From: an uncultured Alphaproteobacteria bacterium
Lineage (GTDB): Bacteria; Pseudomonadota; Alphaproteobacteria; HIMB59; GCA-002718135
Length of the DNA stretch: 64,000 nucleotides
NCBI GenBank assembly: GCA_902560675.1
Contig: CACEMP010000007.1
Span: forward strand, 1,851 to 65,850
Direction: 5' to 3'
Shown: piece after piece, positions 41,127 to 50,322 of the stretch
Numbering within the stretch: position 1 is the stretch's first letter
How the letters are laid out: each line of letters begins with the position of its first letter
Translations under genes and position numbers: made by a program
Notes under the pieces: generated by a model
What the model saw: the letters and a program-made list of their open reading frames with translations, nothing else
Told to the model about the DNA's origin: nothing
The model's database searches: none

Positions 41127-41459
41127 TTATCTTCCTGGTTTTTCACTAAAATGATTTTTAAATTTATTAGAAATATTTTGCCATTTTTCTGCATCTTTAG
41201 GAGGATTTTTTTTCTCACTTATATTTGGCCATATTTCAGAGTATTTTCTATTTAATTCAGCCCATTTTTCTATACCATCCTCTGTATCAGACAATATTGC
41301 TTCAACGGGACATTCTGGTTCACATACCCCACAGTCTATACACTCATCGGGATGGATTACTAACATGTTTTCACCTTCATAAAAACAATCAACTGGACAT
41401 ACATCTACACAATCCATGTGCTTACATTTGATACATTTTTCATCAACTACATATGTCAT
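41127..41459 (-). CDS. fdxA: 7Fe ferredoxin (FdxA type)
   Basis: [22 protein letters not shown] and [12 protein letters not shown]. Confidence 0.93.
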   Translation of the reverse strand: MTYVVDEKCIKCKHMDCVDVCPVDCFYEGENMLVIHPDECIDCGVCEPECPVEAILSDTEDGIEKWAELNRKYSEIWPNISEKKNPPKDAEKWQNISNKFKNHFSEKPGR

Positions 41460-41911
41460 TATTTTCCTGATAACTTAGTTAGGCACTTTCTTTTAATATT
41501 TCCAGAGTCAATGTCGTTAATATAGAGTAATCCTGAAAGTCTTCTTATCAAACTAGCCTCATAATCGTGTAAATTTCCATCTGAAAGCACAACATCCCAT
41601 AAAATTTCAATAAGTAACAATTTTTTTTCATAGCTATATTCTTTGTTTATTCTTGATGTGTAGAAATGTAAAGATTTGCTATTATCTCTATTTAAAACAG
41701 CTGCATCTAAACTTTTGTCTATATCTTCAGGCGTTTCTTCAAAAAAAGTTAATAGAGATTTTTTTATTTTATTAATTTCACCTTTATCAATTTGTCCATC
41801 GGTGTTTGCAGCTTCAATCATCAACCCACATAATAATTGAAGATGATAATTAGAGTCATCATCCTGTTGATTCTCTTGATTCTCAAAAAATTTTTTTAAT
41901 ATATTAATCAA
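41459..41911 (-). CDS. TerB-like (tellurite-resistance TerB / DjlA N-domain family) protein
   Basis: 150 aa, helical, with paired D/E-rich DG..D..E motifs ([21 protein letters not shown]). TTG start. Confidence 0.5.
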   Translation of the reverse strand: MINILKKFFENQENQQDDDSNYHLQLLCGLMIEAANTDGQIDKGEINKIKKSLLTFFEETPEDIDKSLDAAVLNRDNSKSLHFYTSRINKEYSYEKKLLLIEILWDVVLSDGNLHDYEASLIRRLSGLLYINDIDSGNIKRKCLTKLSGK

Positions 41912-41935
41912 TTTAAGCCTTAAAGATAATTCTTT

Positions 41936-44491
41936 TTAAAGAAGTTTTTCTAAAACTGCAAAGGGAGAATTGGGATCAGCTTTATTAGCTATGTTAGTCT
42001 TTTTCTGTTTTTTTACAATATTGATATCTTTTTTTATATTTTTTTTATTATATTTTTTTTTGTGTTTTGTTTTGAAAAAATATAATTTTCTATCATTTGG
42101 AAGATTTGTACTTTTATATCCACAATATTCTAAGATATCTTTTAATTGATCACTATTACAACCTATAGGATTCATAAATTCTGAACTCTCTAAAAATGGT
42201 CCAGATTTAATTTTTTTTCTAGCCAAATAAAAAATTTTTTCAAATACATCTACTCTAAACGCAAAATCATTTAATAAAATATACCCTATTGATTGCCAGT
42301 AAGTCTCTGGTAATTTTAAAGTGGATTGAAATGATACTCTTCCATCGCTAGGCAAAGGTAAATAATTATTTATATTAGTTTGATTATATATTCTCCATAA
42401 CAATGCGCATAATTCAATAGGCTTCTTTTTTAATAAATTTGGCATAAAAAAATATTTTGCACCAACCCTAATACCTAATTGTGATAAACTTAGTTTATTA
42501 TCCTTATCAATATTTTTTAGAAATTCAGTAAAATTCTCAATTGGATACATTCCAAGGTTTTCAAAACAATTAAATGCTATTGCACGAACATGTGAATTCA
42601 AATTTTCGTCAAGCTTGTCTTTTATTGGCTTAAGATTATTACTTATTAAATTATCGATCCATTTTTGAATTTTTAAGCTTACCAGTAATTTATTTTCTGA
42701 AGATAAAAATTCAGAATTTAGAGCCTCTGCTTGAGGAAGATAAACTTTTGAACCTTTAATTAATTTACCTATTGGTTCATCACCCCAAAAAACAAATGCG
42801 CTTGCATTAAATTTAATTTTACTAATATCTCCTAAATTAAGAGAGTCATCAGGCGAATTTAAAAAATTTTTAATTTTTTCTTCTATCATATTTCTTAAAG
42901 ATTTTTTAACATGACTTAGAGAAAAAAGAGAGTGTGAAAATAAGTTTTTGCTCAATTGTATATCAAATCCTTTAATAACCCCGTATTTTTCTTCATCCAA
43001 AACGATTTCATTATTTCTGTTTATATCTATTTTTTCAATATTTTTATGAAATGAATCATAGGTAAAAAACTTAGATGATGAATCAACAAATTTATTTGTT
43101 AGACCTATGTGCAAGTTATCTGATAATTGATTTTCAATTCTTTGAGTTTTATCTTGCCAATATAATGGATTTATTAACCAATCATTTTGATTAGAAATAT
43201 ATGTCCAAGTTCTAATTTGTGATATTTTGATTGATAACTCAGGTATACCACCATTAAAATTTTCTAATCGTGCTATCTTATTATTAAGCCAATCTTCAGG
43301 AATTTTATAATTGTTATTTAATAATGTTAAAAAAATTGTTTTAAGAAAAGTAATATAATTATCATTAAATATTTTTTCAAAATCAGGAATTCTACATATA
43401 TCCCACAAGAGCTTAATATGAAAACTATCTGAAAGGAAACTTCTTATTTTGTCGTCTTCAGCTAATGTTTTAAAATTTATTTCATCAATTGCATTTTTTT
43501 TTTGAATTAAAAAATTTTTTAAAGGTATTTGTTTCAAAGATACTAATAAACTTTCGACAGTATCAAAAATTAAATTAGAATTTCTCCAATAAATTTTTTG
43601 TAATTGATCATAATTATGATTCTCGATAGATTTAATAATTATTGGATCTAATAAACCAGCTTCTTTTGTATAACCAAATGTTCCATTATTTTTATATCTT
43701 CCTGCTCTTCCTGCAATTTGCCCTATTTCATTTGTGCTTAGGTTGCGATTGTATCTACCATCAAACTTTTCAAGAGAAGTAAAACAAACATGATCAATTT
43801 TTAAATTTAAACCCATACCTATGGCGTCAGTTGCAACTAAATAATCAACATTTTTATTTTCATAAATCTCAACTTGTGCATTTCTTGTTCTTGGGCTTAA
43901 AGAACCTAAAACTACAGCTGCTCCTCCTTTGTGAGTTCTAATTCTTTCTGCTATTTCATAAACATTATTTATATTAAAAGCTATTATTGCAGAACGTGGT
44001 TTAAGCTTAGATAAATTTTGTTTTTGATTAAATAACAATTCTGATAAACGTTCTTTTCTTAAAATATTAATATTGGGAAATAGTTTTTTTAATATTGATT
44101 CAATTATTGAAGAACCTAAAAATATTGTTTCTTGAGTACCTCTTAAATTTAAAATTCTGTCTGTAAAAATATGTCCTCTTTCATAATCAGCTGCTAATTG
44201 CACTTCATCTATTACTACACATTCAACATTTATTTCAGTGGGCATGGACTCAACTGTGCAAAAAAAATATTTAGCTTCTTTTGGAAAAATTTTTTCTTCT
44301 CCTGTAATGAGTGCTACATTGTTTAATCCTATTGTTTTACAAGCTTTATCATAATTTTCACGTGCTAGCAGTCGAAGTGGAAAACCAAAAACTCCTGACG
44401 AATATGAAAGCATTTTTTCAAATGCAATATGTGTTTTTCCGGTATTTGTGGCACCTAATATTGCTGATAGATTAGAATCATTATCAATCAT
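41936..44491 (-). CDS. SUV3-like ATP-dependent RNA helicase with a long C-terminal extension
   Basis: GATNTGKTH (motif I), VIDEVQ (motif II), SPRTRNAQ and QIAGRAGR. The N-terminal ~450 aa is collinear with mitochondrial SUV3 as I recall it. Confidence 0.75.
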   Translation of the reverse strand: MIDNDSNLSAILGATNTGKTHIAFEKMLSYSSGVFGFPLRLLARENYDKACKTIGLNNVALITGEEKIFPKEAKYFFCTVESMPTEINVECVVIDEVQLAADYERGHIFTDRILNLRGTQETIFLGSSIIESILKKLFPNINILRKERLSELLFNQKQNLSKLKPRSAIIAFNINNVYEIAERIRTHKGGAAVVLGSLSPRTRNAQVEIYENKNVDYLVATDAIGMGLNLKIDHVCFTSLEKFDGRYNRNLSTNEIGQIAGRAGRYKNNGTFGYTKEAGLLDPIIIKSIENHNYDQLQKIYWRNSNLIFDTVESLLVSLKQIPLKNFLIQKKNAIDEINFKTLAEDDKIRSFLSDSFHIKLLWDICRIPDFEKIFNDNYITFLKTIFLTLLNNNYKIPEDWLNNKIARLENFNGGIPELSIKISQIRTWTYISNQNDWLINPLYWQDKTQRIENQLSDNLHIGLTNKFVDSSSKFFTYDSFHKNIEKIDINRNNEIVLDEEKYGVIKGFDIQLSKNLFSHSLFSLSHVKKSLRNMIEEKIKNFLNSPDDSLNLGDISKIKFNASAFVFWGDEPIGKLIKGSKVYLPQAEALNSEFLSSENKLLVSLKIQKWIDNLISNNLKPIKDKLDENLNSHVRAIAFNCFENLGMYPIENFTEFLKNIDKDNKLSLSQLGIRVGAKYFFMPNLLKKKPIELCALLWRIYNQTNINNYLPLPSDGRVSFQSTLKLPETYWQSIGYILLNDFAFRVDVFEKIFYLARKKIKSGPFLESSEFMNPIGCNSDQLKDILEYCGYKSTNLPNDRKLYFFKTKHKKKYNKKNIKKDINIVKKQKKTNIANKADPNSPFAVLEKLL

Positions 44492-44496
44492 TAAAA

Positions 44497-47136
44497 CTAA
44501 GCAGCATTAGAAATAATTTCATTCAATACAAAATTTAAAATACCACCTGCTTTAAAATAGTCCAATTCTTTGTTTGTATCTATTCTACACTTTAATTTTA
44601 TTTGGATTTCTTTTTCTCCTGAAAATTTACAATCCAACAATTTATTTGGTTTCAATTCTGAAATTCCAATTATAGAAATCTTTTCATCGCCATTAAGTCC
44701 TAAAGTAAATCTACTAGTATTATCTTCAAATTCTAAAGGTAAAACACCCATTCCTATTAAATTTGATCTGTGAATTCTTTCAAAACTTTCAGCTATAACC
44801 GCTTTTATACCTAACAAACGCGTTCCTTTTGCTGCCCAATCTCTCGATGAACCGGTTCCATATTCTTTACCGGCAATAATTACTGTGTCTATATTATTTT
44901 TAATGTATTCTTGTGAAGCATCATAAATTGGCATTTGTTTGTTTGATACAAATGATTTTGTTATACCACCTTCTGTACCTGGTAAGATTTCATTTTTAAT
45001 TCTAATATTTGCAAATGTACCTCTCATCATAATTTCATGATTCCCTCTTCTAGATCCATAAGAATTAAAATTTGATGAACTCACTTGTCTGTTTTGCAGG
45101 TATAAACCTGCAGGACTTTCCTCTTTAATCGAACCAGCAGGAGAAATATGGTCAGTTGTTACACTGTCACCAAGCATAGCTAACACTCTAGCATTATTAA
45201 TATTTGAAAGATTGTTATTACTTGCTGTATCAAAAAAAGGAGGATGTTTTATATAAGTACTAGTATCATTCCAATCATATGTCATTTTATCTTTGCTTGA
45301 GATTGATTTCCAATTAATATCTCCCTCATAAATTTCTTTGTATCTTTTTTTAAACATTTTTGGTGAAAGAGATTTATTTAACAGTTTATTAATTTCTTCA
45401 TTGGAGGGCCATAAATCTTTTAAGAATATTTCATCTCCATTTTTAGAGACACCTACTGATTCAGATTTAAGATTTATACCAATATTGCCTGCTAAAGCAT
45501 ATGCAACAACGAGAGGTGGAGAAGCTAAAAAATTTGCTTTTACGTCTTGATGAACCCTGCCTTCAAAATTTCGATTTCCAGATAATACTGAACAAACAGT
45601 TAAATTATTTGACCTTATTTCATCTGCAACCCATTCATCTAATGGGCCAGAATTTCCAATACAAGTTGTGCATCCATAACCTACTGTATTAAAACCAATT
45701 TTATCTAAATAAAATTTTAAACCTGCTTCTTCTAGATAATCACTTACAACCTTACTACCTGGTGCTAAACTAGTTTTAACACATTTCTTTACATCTAGAC
45801 CAAATTCAAAAGCTTTTTTCGCTACTAAACCAGCGGCAAGCATAACACTAGGATTTGAAGTATTGGTACAACTAGTTATTGCAGCTATTACAATATCTCC
45901 TTTTTTTAATTTAGATTTTTCATTATCTTGAAAGTTGTTGTTAAACTTTTCAAATTCATTAGGTACATCTCTTAGGAGAATTTTGTCTTGTGGTCTTTTT
46001 GGACCTGCAACTGATGGTTCAATTGTATTTAAATCTAATGTTATTTTTTTATAGAAATTTGGTTGATAATTTTCATCCAACCACAGTTGTTGATTTTTTG
46101 AATATTCAGATACAATCTTAAGTTGGTGTTCATCTTTACCAGTTAATCTTAAATAATTTATAGTTTCATTATCAGTAGGAAAGAAACCACAAGTAGCTCC
46201 ATATTCTGGAGCCATATTAGATATTGTTGCTCTGTCGGCCAAAGATAAATTCTTTAAACCATATCCATAAAACTCAACAAATTTACCTACCACACCATTT
46301 TGTCTAAGTATGTTTGTAATAGTTAAAACTAAATCTGTTGCTGTGATTCCATCTTGTAATGATCCTGTTAATTCAAAACCCACTACATCTGGAATATTCA
46401 TTGAAATTGGTTGACCAAGCATGGCAGCTTCTGCTTCAATACCTCCAACACCCCAACCTAATACAGATAATGCATTGATCATTGTAGTATGACTGTCTGT
46501 ACCAACAACAGAATCTGGAAAAAGATAATTATGGTTATTATGAGCTTTAACCCATATTGTTTTGGCAATATTTTCTAAATTAACTTGATGGCAAATTCCT
46601 GCCCCAGGTGGAACTAAGTAAAAGTTATCAAATGACTTTTGTCCCCATTTTAAAAATTCATATCTTTCTTGATTTCGCTCAAATTCCTTTGTAACATTTT
46701 GCTCTAAAGCCTTATTAGTTTTATAGTTATCAACCATAACGGAATGGTCTATTACTAGATCTACTCTTGACATTGGGTTAATAATTTTAGGTTCAAAACC
46801 TCTTTTTTTTAATGCATTTCTCATAGCAGCTAAATCAGCTACAGCAGGAACACCAGTAAAATCTTGCATTAGAACTCTAGTCGGAAAGAAAGCTATTTCT
46901 AAGCTTTCAGTTGAATCTTGTACTGAAAATCTAAAAGCTGACGAAATCATGTCTTTATTAATGTTTTCACCATCTTCATTTCTTAATAAATTTTCTAATA
47001 AAATTTTTATTGATATTGGTACTTTTGAAAGATTTACATTTAATGTTTTTGCAACTAATTTTAGATCAAAATACTTATATATTTTGTCATCAATCTTTAA
47101 AATTTGTTCAGAATTAAAAGAATTAAGGTTTTTCAT
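44497..47136 (-). CDS. acnA: aconitate hydratase A
   Basis: 879 aa with Fe-S ligand motifs SCTNTSNP and GCTTCIGNSG, DSHTTM, and the C-terminal swivel domain. Confidence 0.95.
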   Translation of the reverse strand: MKNLNSFNSEQILKIDDKIYKYFDLKLVAKTLNVNLSKVPISIKILLENLLRNEDGENINKDMISSAFRFSVQDSTESLEIAFFPTRVLMQDFTGVPAVADLAAMRNALKKRGFEPKIINPMSRVDLVIDHSVMVDNYKTNKALEQNVTKEFERNQERYEFLKWGQKSFDNFYLVPPGAGICHQVNLENIAKTIWVKAHNNHNYLFPDSVVGTDSHTTMINALSVLGWGVGGIEAEAAMLGQPISMNIPDVVGFELTGSLQDGITATDLVLTITNILRQNGVVGKFVEFYGYGLKNLSLADRATISNMAPEYGATCGFFPTDNETINYLRLTGKDEHQLKIVSEYSKNQQLWLDENYQPNFYKKITLDLNTIEPSVAGPKRPQDKILLRDVPNEFEKFNNNFQDNEKSKLKKGDIVIAAITSCTNTSNPSVMLAAGLVAKKAFEFGLDVKKCVKTSLAPGSKVVSDYLEEAGLKFYLDKIGFNTVGYGCTTCIGNSGPLDEWVADEIRSNNLTVCSVLSGNRNFEGRVHQDVKANFLASPPLVVAYALAGNIGINLKSESVGVSKNGDEIFLKDLWPSNEEINKLLNKSLSPKMFKKRYKEIYEGDINWKSISSKDKMTYDWNDTSTYIKHPPFFDTASNNNLSNINNARVLAMLGDSVTTDHISPAGSIKEESPAGLYLQNRQVSSSNFNSYGSRRGNHEIMMRGTFANIRIKNEILPGTEGGITKSFVSNKQMPIYDASQEYIKNNIDTVIIAGKEYGTGSSRDWAAKGTRLLGIKAVIAESFERIHRSNLIGMGVLPLEFEDNTSRFTLGLNGDEKISIIGISELKPNKLLDCKFSGEKEIQIKLKCRIDTNKELDYFKAGGILNFVLNEIISNAA

Positions 47137-47428
47137 AATTAAAAATATTTATATATTATCACAAATAGTATGAAGATATTTTTTTGTATAGGAAAATGTT
47201 AATTTATTATTAGAATTCTGGGAAATATTGCATTTATAAATAAAAAAAAATTTTAATTTATTTTATAAATAAAAAAACAATCGTATTTATCAAGAATAAC
47301 AAGAAGATAGGTATATTGTTGACTTTATCCGTAAGTTTTGGGAATAAACTAATAGCCTTTTATAAATATCACTGATTGTGGTAAGGGGGTAGGTTCCTCC
47401 GGGGTAACAAAATACAAGGAGTATTTGT

Positions 47429-47605
47429 ATGGCTAAGAAGAAAAAGAAAGCTGCTCCAAAGAAAAAGAAAAAAGCAGCTCCTAAGAAAAAGAAAAAAGCA
47501 GCTCCAAAGAAGAAAAAGAAAAAAGCTGCTCCTAAGAAAAAGAAAAAAGCAGCTCCAAAGAAGAAAAAGAAAAAAGCTGCTAAGAAAAAGAAGAAAAGAA
47601 GATAG
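47429..47605 (+). CDS. 58-aa extremely basic lysine-rich repeat protein, below the ORF-track size cutoff
   Basis: Own translation: MAKKKKKAAPKKKKKAAPKKKKKAAPKKKKKKAAPKKKKKAAPKKKKKKAAKKKKKRR. SD AAGGAG (47416-21) lies 7 nt before the ATG. Two terminator-like hairpins follow. Confidence 0.6.
   Translation: MAKKKKKAAPKKKKKAAPKKKKKAAPKKKKKKAAPKKKKKAAPKKKKKKAAKKKKKRR
47477..47578. repeat. perfect 51-bp tandem duplication inside the lysine-rich ORF
   Basis: gctcctaagaaaaagaaaaaagcagctccaaagaagaaaaagaaaaaagct occurs at 47477-47527 and again at 47528-47578. Confidence 0.9.
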
Positions 47606-47624
47606 TATTTCTTTGATTTTAAAT

Positions 47625-47652
47625 GAAAACTTTTTTTTAAAGTTTTCTTTTT
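47625..47652 (+). terminator. AU-rich hairpin plus U-tract (weak terminator-like)
   Basis: GAAAACTTT (47625-33), loop TTTTT, AAAGTTTTC (47639-47), then TTTTT. Confidence 0.35.
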
Positions 47653-47680
47653 CTTATCTTTTTAAGGAAAAAGAAAAAAA

Positions 47681-47702
47681 CGGGGCACTGCCCCGTTTTT
47701 TT
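47681..47702 (+). terminator. rho-independent terminator
   Basis: CGGGGC-ACT-GCCCCG hairpin preceded by A7 and followed by T7. Confidence 0.85.
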
Positions 47703-47737
47703 ATTGTTAAAAATAAAAAAATAATTAGACCAATAAA

Positions 47738-48343
47738 ATGCTTCTTTTACAGAATATCTCCCTCAAAAGATCTAACATTGAGATTTTCAATGATATAAAT
47801 TTATCATTAAGTAAAGGCAAAATAATTTCTCTTAAAGGTAAAAATGGATCAGGGAAAACTAGTTTGATTAAAATTATGTTAAATTTGTTAGAACCAACAT
47901 TTGGTACAATTTATTGGAAAGGCAAAAATATTAAAAAAAATCTATATAGTTTTTATGATCAGGTTACTTATGTCCCAGATAAAACAACCAGTTTAAAAAA
48001 TCTTACTGTTGAAGAAAATATAAAAATTTGGAAGAAAATTTCTTTATCTGATATTGGCAATAGCCAAATTACTAATATTCTAAAAACTTTAAAACTTGAA
48101 AATTATATTTACAAAAAGGTAAATTCATTATCTCTAGGTGAAACAAAAAAACTTGAATTGTTAAGATTAATAATTGAAAATAGAAAATTCTGGATCTTAG
48201 ATGAGCCCTTCACCAACCTTGATACAGAGTCAATAAATATTATGGAGCAAACTTTTGATGATCACAGAAAAAATGATGGTTGTATTTTTTTTAGTACACA
48301 TCAAAGGACTGAAATTGGAATAACTGATGAGATAATTTTATAA
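47738..48343 (+). CDS. ccmA: heme exporter ATP-binding protein CcmA
   Basis: Walker A GKNGSGKT, signature LSLGETKKL, Walker B WILDEP. First gene of the ccm cluster. Confidence 0.88.
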   Translation: MLLLQNISLKRSNIEIFNDINLSLSKGKIISLKGKNGSGKTSLIKIMLNLLEPTFGTIYWKGKNIKKNLYSFYDQVTYVPDKTTSLKNLTVEENIKIWKKISLSDIGNSQITNILKTLKLENYIYKKVNSLSLGETKKLELLRLIIENRKFWILDEPFTNLDTESINIMEQTFDDHRKNDGCIFFSTHQRTEIGITDEIIL

Positions 48344-49018
48344 ATGATCAATTTTTTAAAAAAATTAATTTATTTTTTTTACAGAGAATATAAATTATAC
48401 TTAAGTGGATTTCATTCTGTATTAACAATGATTACATTTTTTTTTGTAGCAATTTTTACTTTTATTTTTTCAATTGGTCCTAAAGACGAAATTTTATCCT
48501 TGCTAGGTGTTGGTATCATGTGGACATTGTTTTTATTAAGCTCTACTCTATCTTTAAGAAAGTATTATCAAGAAGATTTTGAAAATGGTAATTTAGTTTT
48601 ATTACACCTAAGAGGTTTTAGCTACGAACTGATTTGTATACTTAAAACAATATCACATTTTATATTTGTCCAAATTCCCTTTTTAATTTTTTTGCCCATA
48701 GCATGTATTCTTCTAAGTATATCTATTGATAAAGTATATTATATAATAATTAGTTTTTTTTTAGGATCGATAATTTTATCATGCTTAGGTTCTATATCCT
48801 CATCAATGAATTTGCTTAATAATAGAAATTATTTAATAGGTAGTGTTATAGTTATTGTTTTTAGTATACCTGTAATTATTTTTTCCGTAGGTTTGATTGG
48901 TCAATATGACAACTTTAATTCTCTAATAAACATATTATTTGGAATATTATTAATTACATTTGCTATAAATCCGTGGGCAAGTGGCGCCTGCTTAAAATTA
49001 GCAATAGAAAATAATTAA
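48344..49018 (+). CDS. ccmB: heme exporter membrane protein CcmB
   Basis: 224 aa with 6 TM segments, between ccmA and ccmC. Confidence 0.85.
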   Translation: MINFLKKLIYFFYREYKLYLSGFHSVLTMITFFFVAIFTFIFSIGPKDEILSLLGVGIMWTLFLLSSTLSLRKYYQEDFENGNLVLLHLRGFSYELICILKTISHFIFVQIPFLIFLPIACILLSISIDKVYYIIISFFLGSIILSCLGSISSSMNLLNNRNYLIGSVIVIVFSIPVIIFSVGLIGQYDNFNSLINILFGILLITFAINPWASGACLKLAIENN

Positions 49019-49019
49019 A

Positions 49020-49715
49020 ATGAAATTTCTAGTAAACCCAAATAGATTTAATAGTTTAACAGATCTAATACTTAAACCATTAATGTTATTATCGATATCT
49101 CTTATGGTTATTGGCTTGATATTTGCATTTTTTCTATCACCAGATGATTATCAACAAGGATCAACTGTAAGAATTATGTATATCCATGTCCCAAGCGCGT
49201 GGCTTGCGTTAATGACATACTTTATTATGAGTTTATATAGTATAGCAGCTTTAGCATTTAGAATTCCTTTTGGATTTATTGTAAACACAGCTGTTGCTCC
49301 AATAGGTGCTATTTTTACATTAATTTGTATAATTACTGGTTCGCTGTGGGGCAAACCTATGTGGGGAACATGGTGGGTTTGGGATGCAAGGCTAACATCT
49401 GTTGCTATTTTATTTATAATATACTTAATTATTATATTAATAAATTTTTCATTTGAAAATCGACTTGTTAGAGAAAAAATAGTTGCTATATTTGTTCTTG
49501 TTGGTTCCGTTAATCTACCTATTATAAAATTTTCTGTAGACTGGTGGAATACCTTACATCAAACTGCAAGTATTAGTAAGTTATCTAGTCCAAATATTGA
49601 TACTGCTATGTTGACACCTTTGATAATTATGACTTTAGCTTTTATTTTTATTGGAATTTTGATTGCCATTTTAAGAATAAAAACTGAAATTTACATCAGA
49701 AAGCAATCAACTTAA
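49020..49715 (+). CDS. ccmC: heme exporter protein CcmC
   Basis: Trp-rich WWD motif WGKPMWGTWWVWDARL. Confidence 0.92.
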   Translation: MKFLVNPNRFNSLTDLILKPLMLLSISLMVIGLIFAFFLSPDDYQQGSTVRIMYIHVPSAWLALMTYFIMSLYSIAALAFRIPFGFIVNTAVAPIGAIFTLICIITGSLWGKPMWGTWWVWDARLTSVAILFIIYLIIILINFSFENRLVREKIVAIFVLVGSVNLPIIKFSVDWWNTLHQTASISKLSSPNIDTAMLTPLIIMTLAFIFIGILIAILRIKTEIYIRKQST

Positions 49716-49780
49716 TTATTTGTGACCATTAGTCCAATAGATTAGATATCTTTATTAAATATATTTGTTATTAGGAAAAT

Positions 49781-49882
49781 ATGTATTTTTGGTTTGTTTT
49801 TTCATCATATTTATTTGGAATTTTACTCATTTTTTTTCTCCTAATGCAAAGTTATATAAAATTTAAAAGAATAAAAAAATAA
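49781..49882 (+). CDS. ccmD: heme exporter protein CcmD (33 aa, below the ORF-track size cutoff)
   Basis: Own translation: MYFWFVFSSYLFGILLIFFLLMQSYIKFKRIKK. Single TM segment with a basic tail. The TAA overlaps the ccmE ATG (TAATG). Confidence 0.7.
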   Translation: MYFWFVFSSYLFGILLIFFLLMQSYIKFKRIKK

Positions 49883-50322
49883 TGAGTTTACGTTTTCAAA
49901 GACTTGTATTAATTCTAATTACGCTTACAATGATATTGGCCGCAATATTATTAATCTTAAATAATGTTAGAGAGAATATATCTTACTTTTATACACCATC
50001 AGAAATAAATAACTCAAATTTTGCCATAGATAAACGAATGCGAATTGGAGGCTTTGTTGAAAAAAATAGCTTTAATAAAATTTCTTCAAGCTCATTTAGA
50101 TTTAGGATTACTGATGAAAAGAAGTCTATTGCTGTTACATTCAATGGAATATTACCAGACTTATTTAGAGAAGGGCAAGGAGCAGTAATTGAAGGTTTTT
50201 TTGTAAATAACATTACTTTTAATGCTACTAGTGTTTTTGCAAAACATGATGAAAATTATATGCCTGCATCTATTAAAAAAGATTTAAAAAATACTGGTTA
50301 CTGGAATAAAAAATATAAATGA
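49882..50322 (+). CDS. ccmE: cytochrome c-type biogenesis heme chaperone CcmE
   Basis: N-terminal anchor, OB fold, and heme-binding His in AKHDENYMP. Confidence 0.93.
   Translation: MSLRFQRLVLILITLTMILAAILLILNNVRENISYFYTPSEINNSNFAIDKRMRIGGFVEKNSFNKISSSSFRFRITDEKKSIAVTFNGILPDLFREGQGAVIEGFFVNNITFNATSVFAKHDENYMPASIKKDLKNTGYWNKKYK

Noticed and set aside
47233-47277. 16-nt direct repeat TTTATAAATAAAAAAA, two copies 29 nt apart, in the acnA / Lys-rich ORF intergenic region.
   Set aside because: It is low-complexity A/T sequence. Such repeats are expected by chance and I cannot show significance without a background model.
47613-47798. 61-aa track ORF spanning the terminators and the ccmA start.
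   Set aside because: It runs through two terminator hairpins and overlaps ccmA out of frame. It has no RBS, and the sequence is translated spacer.
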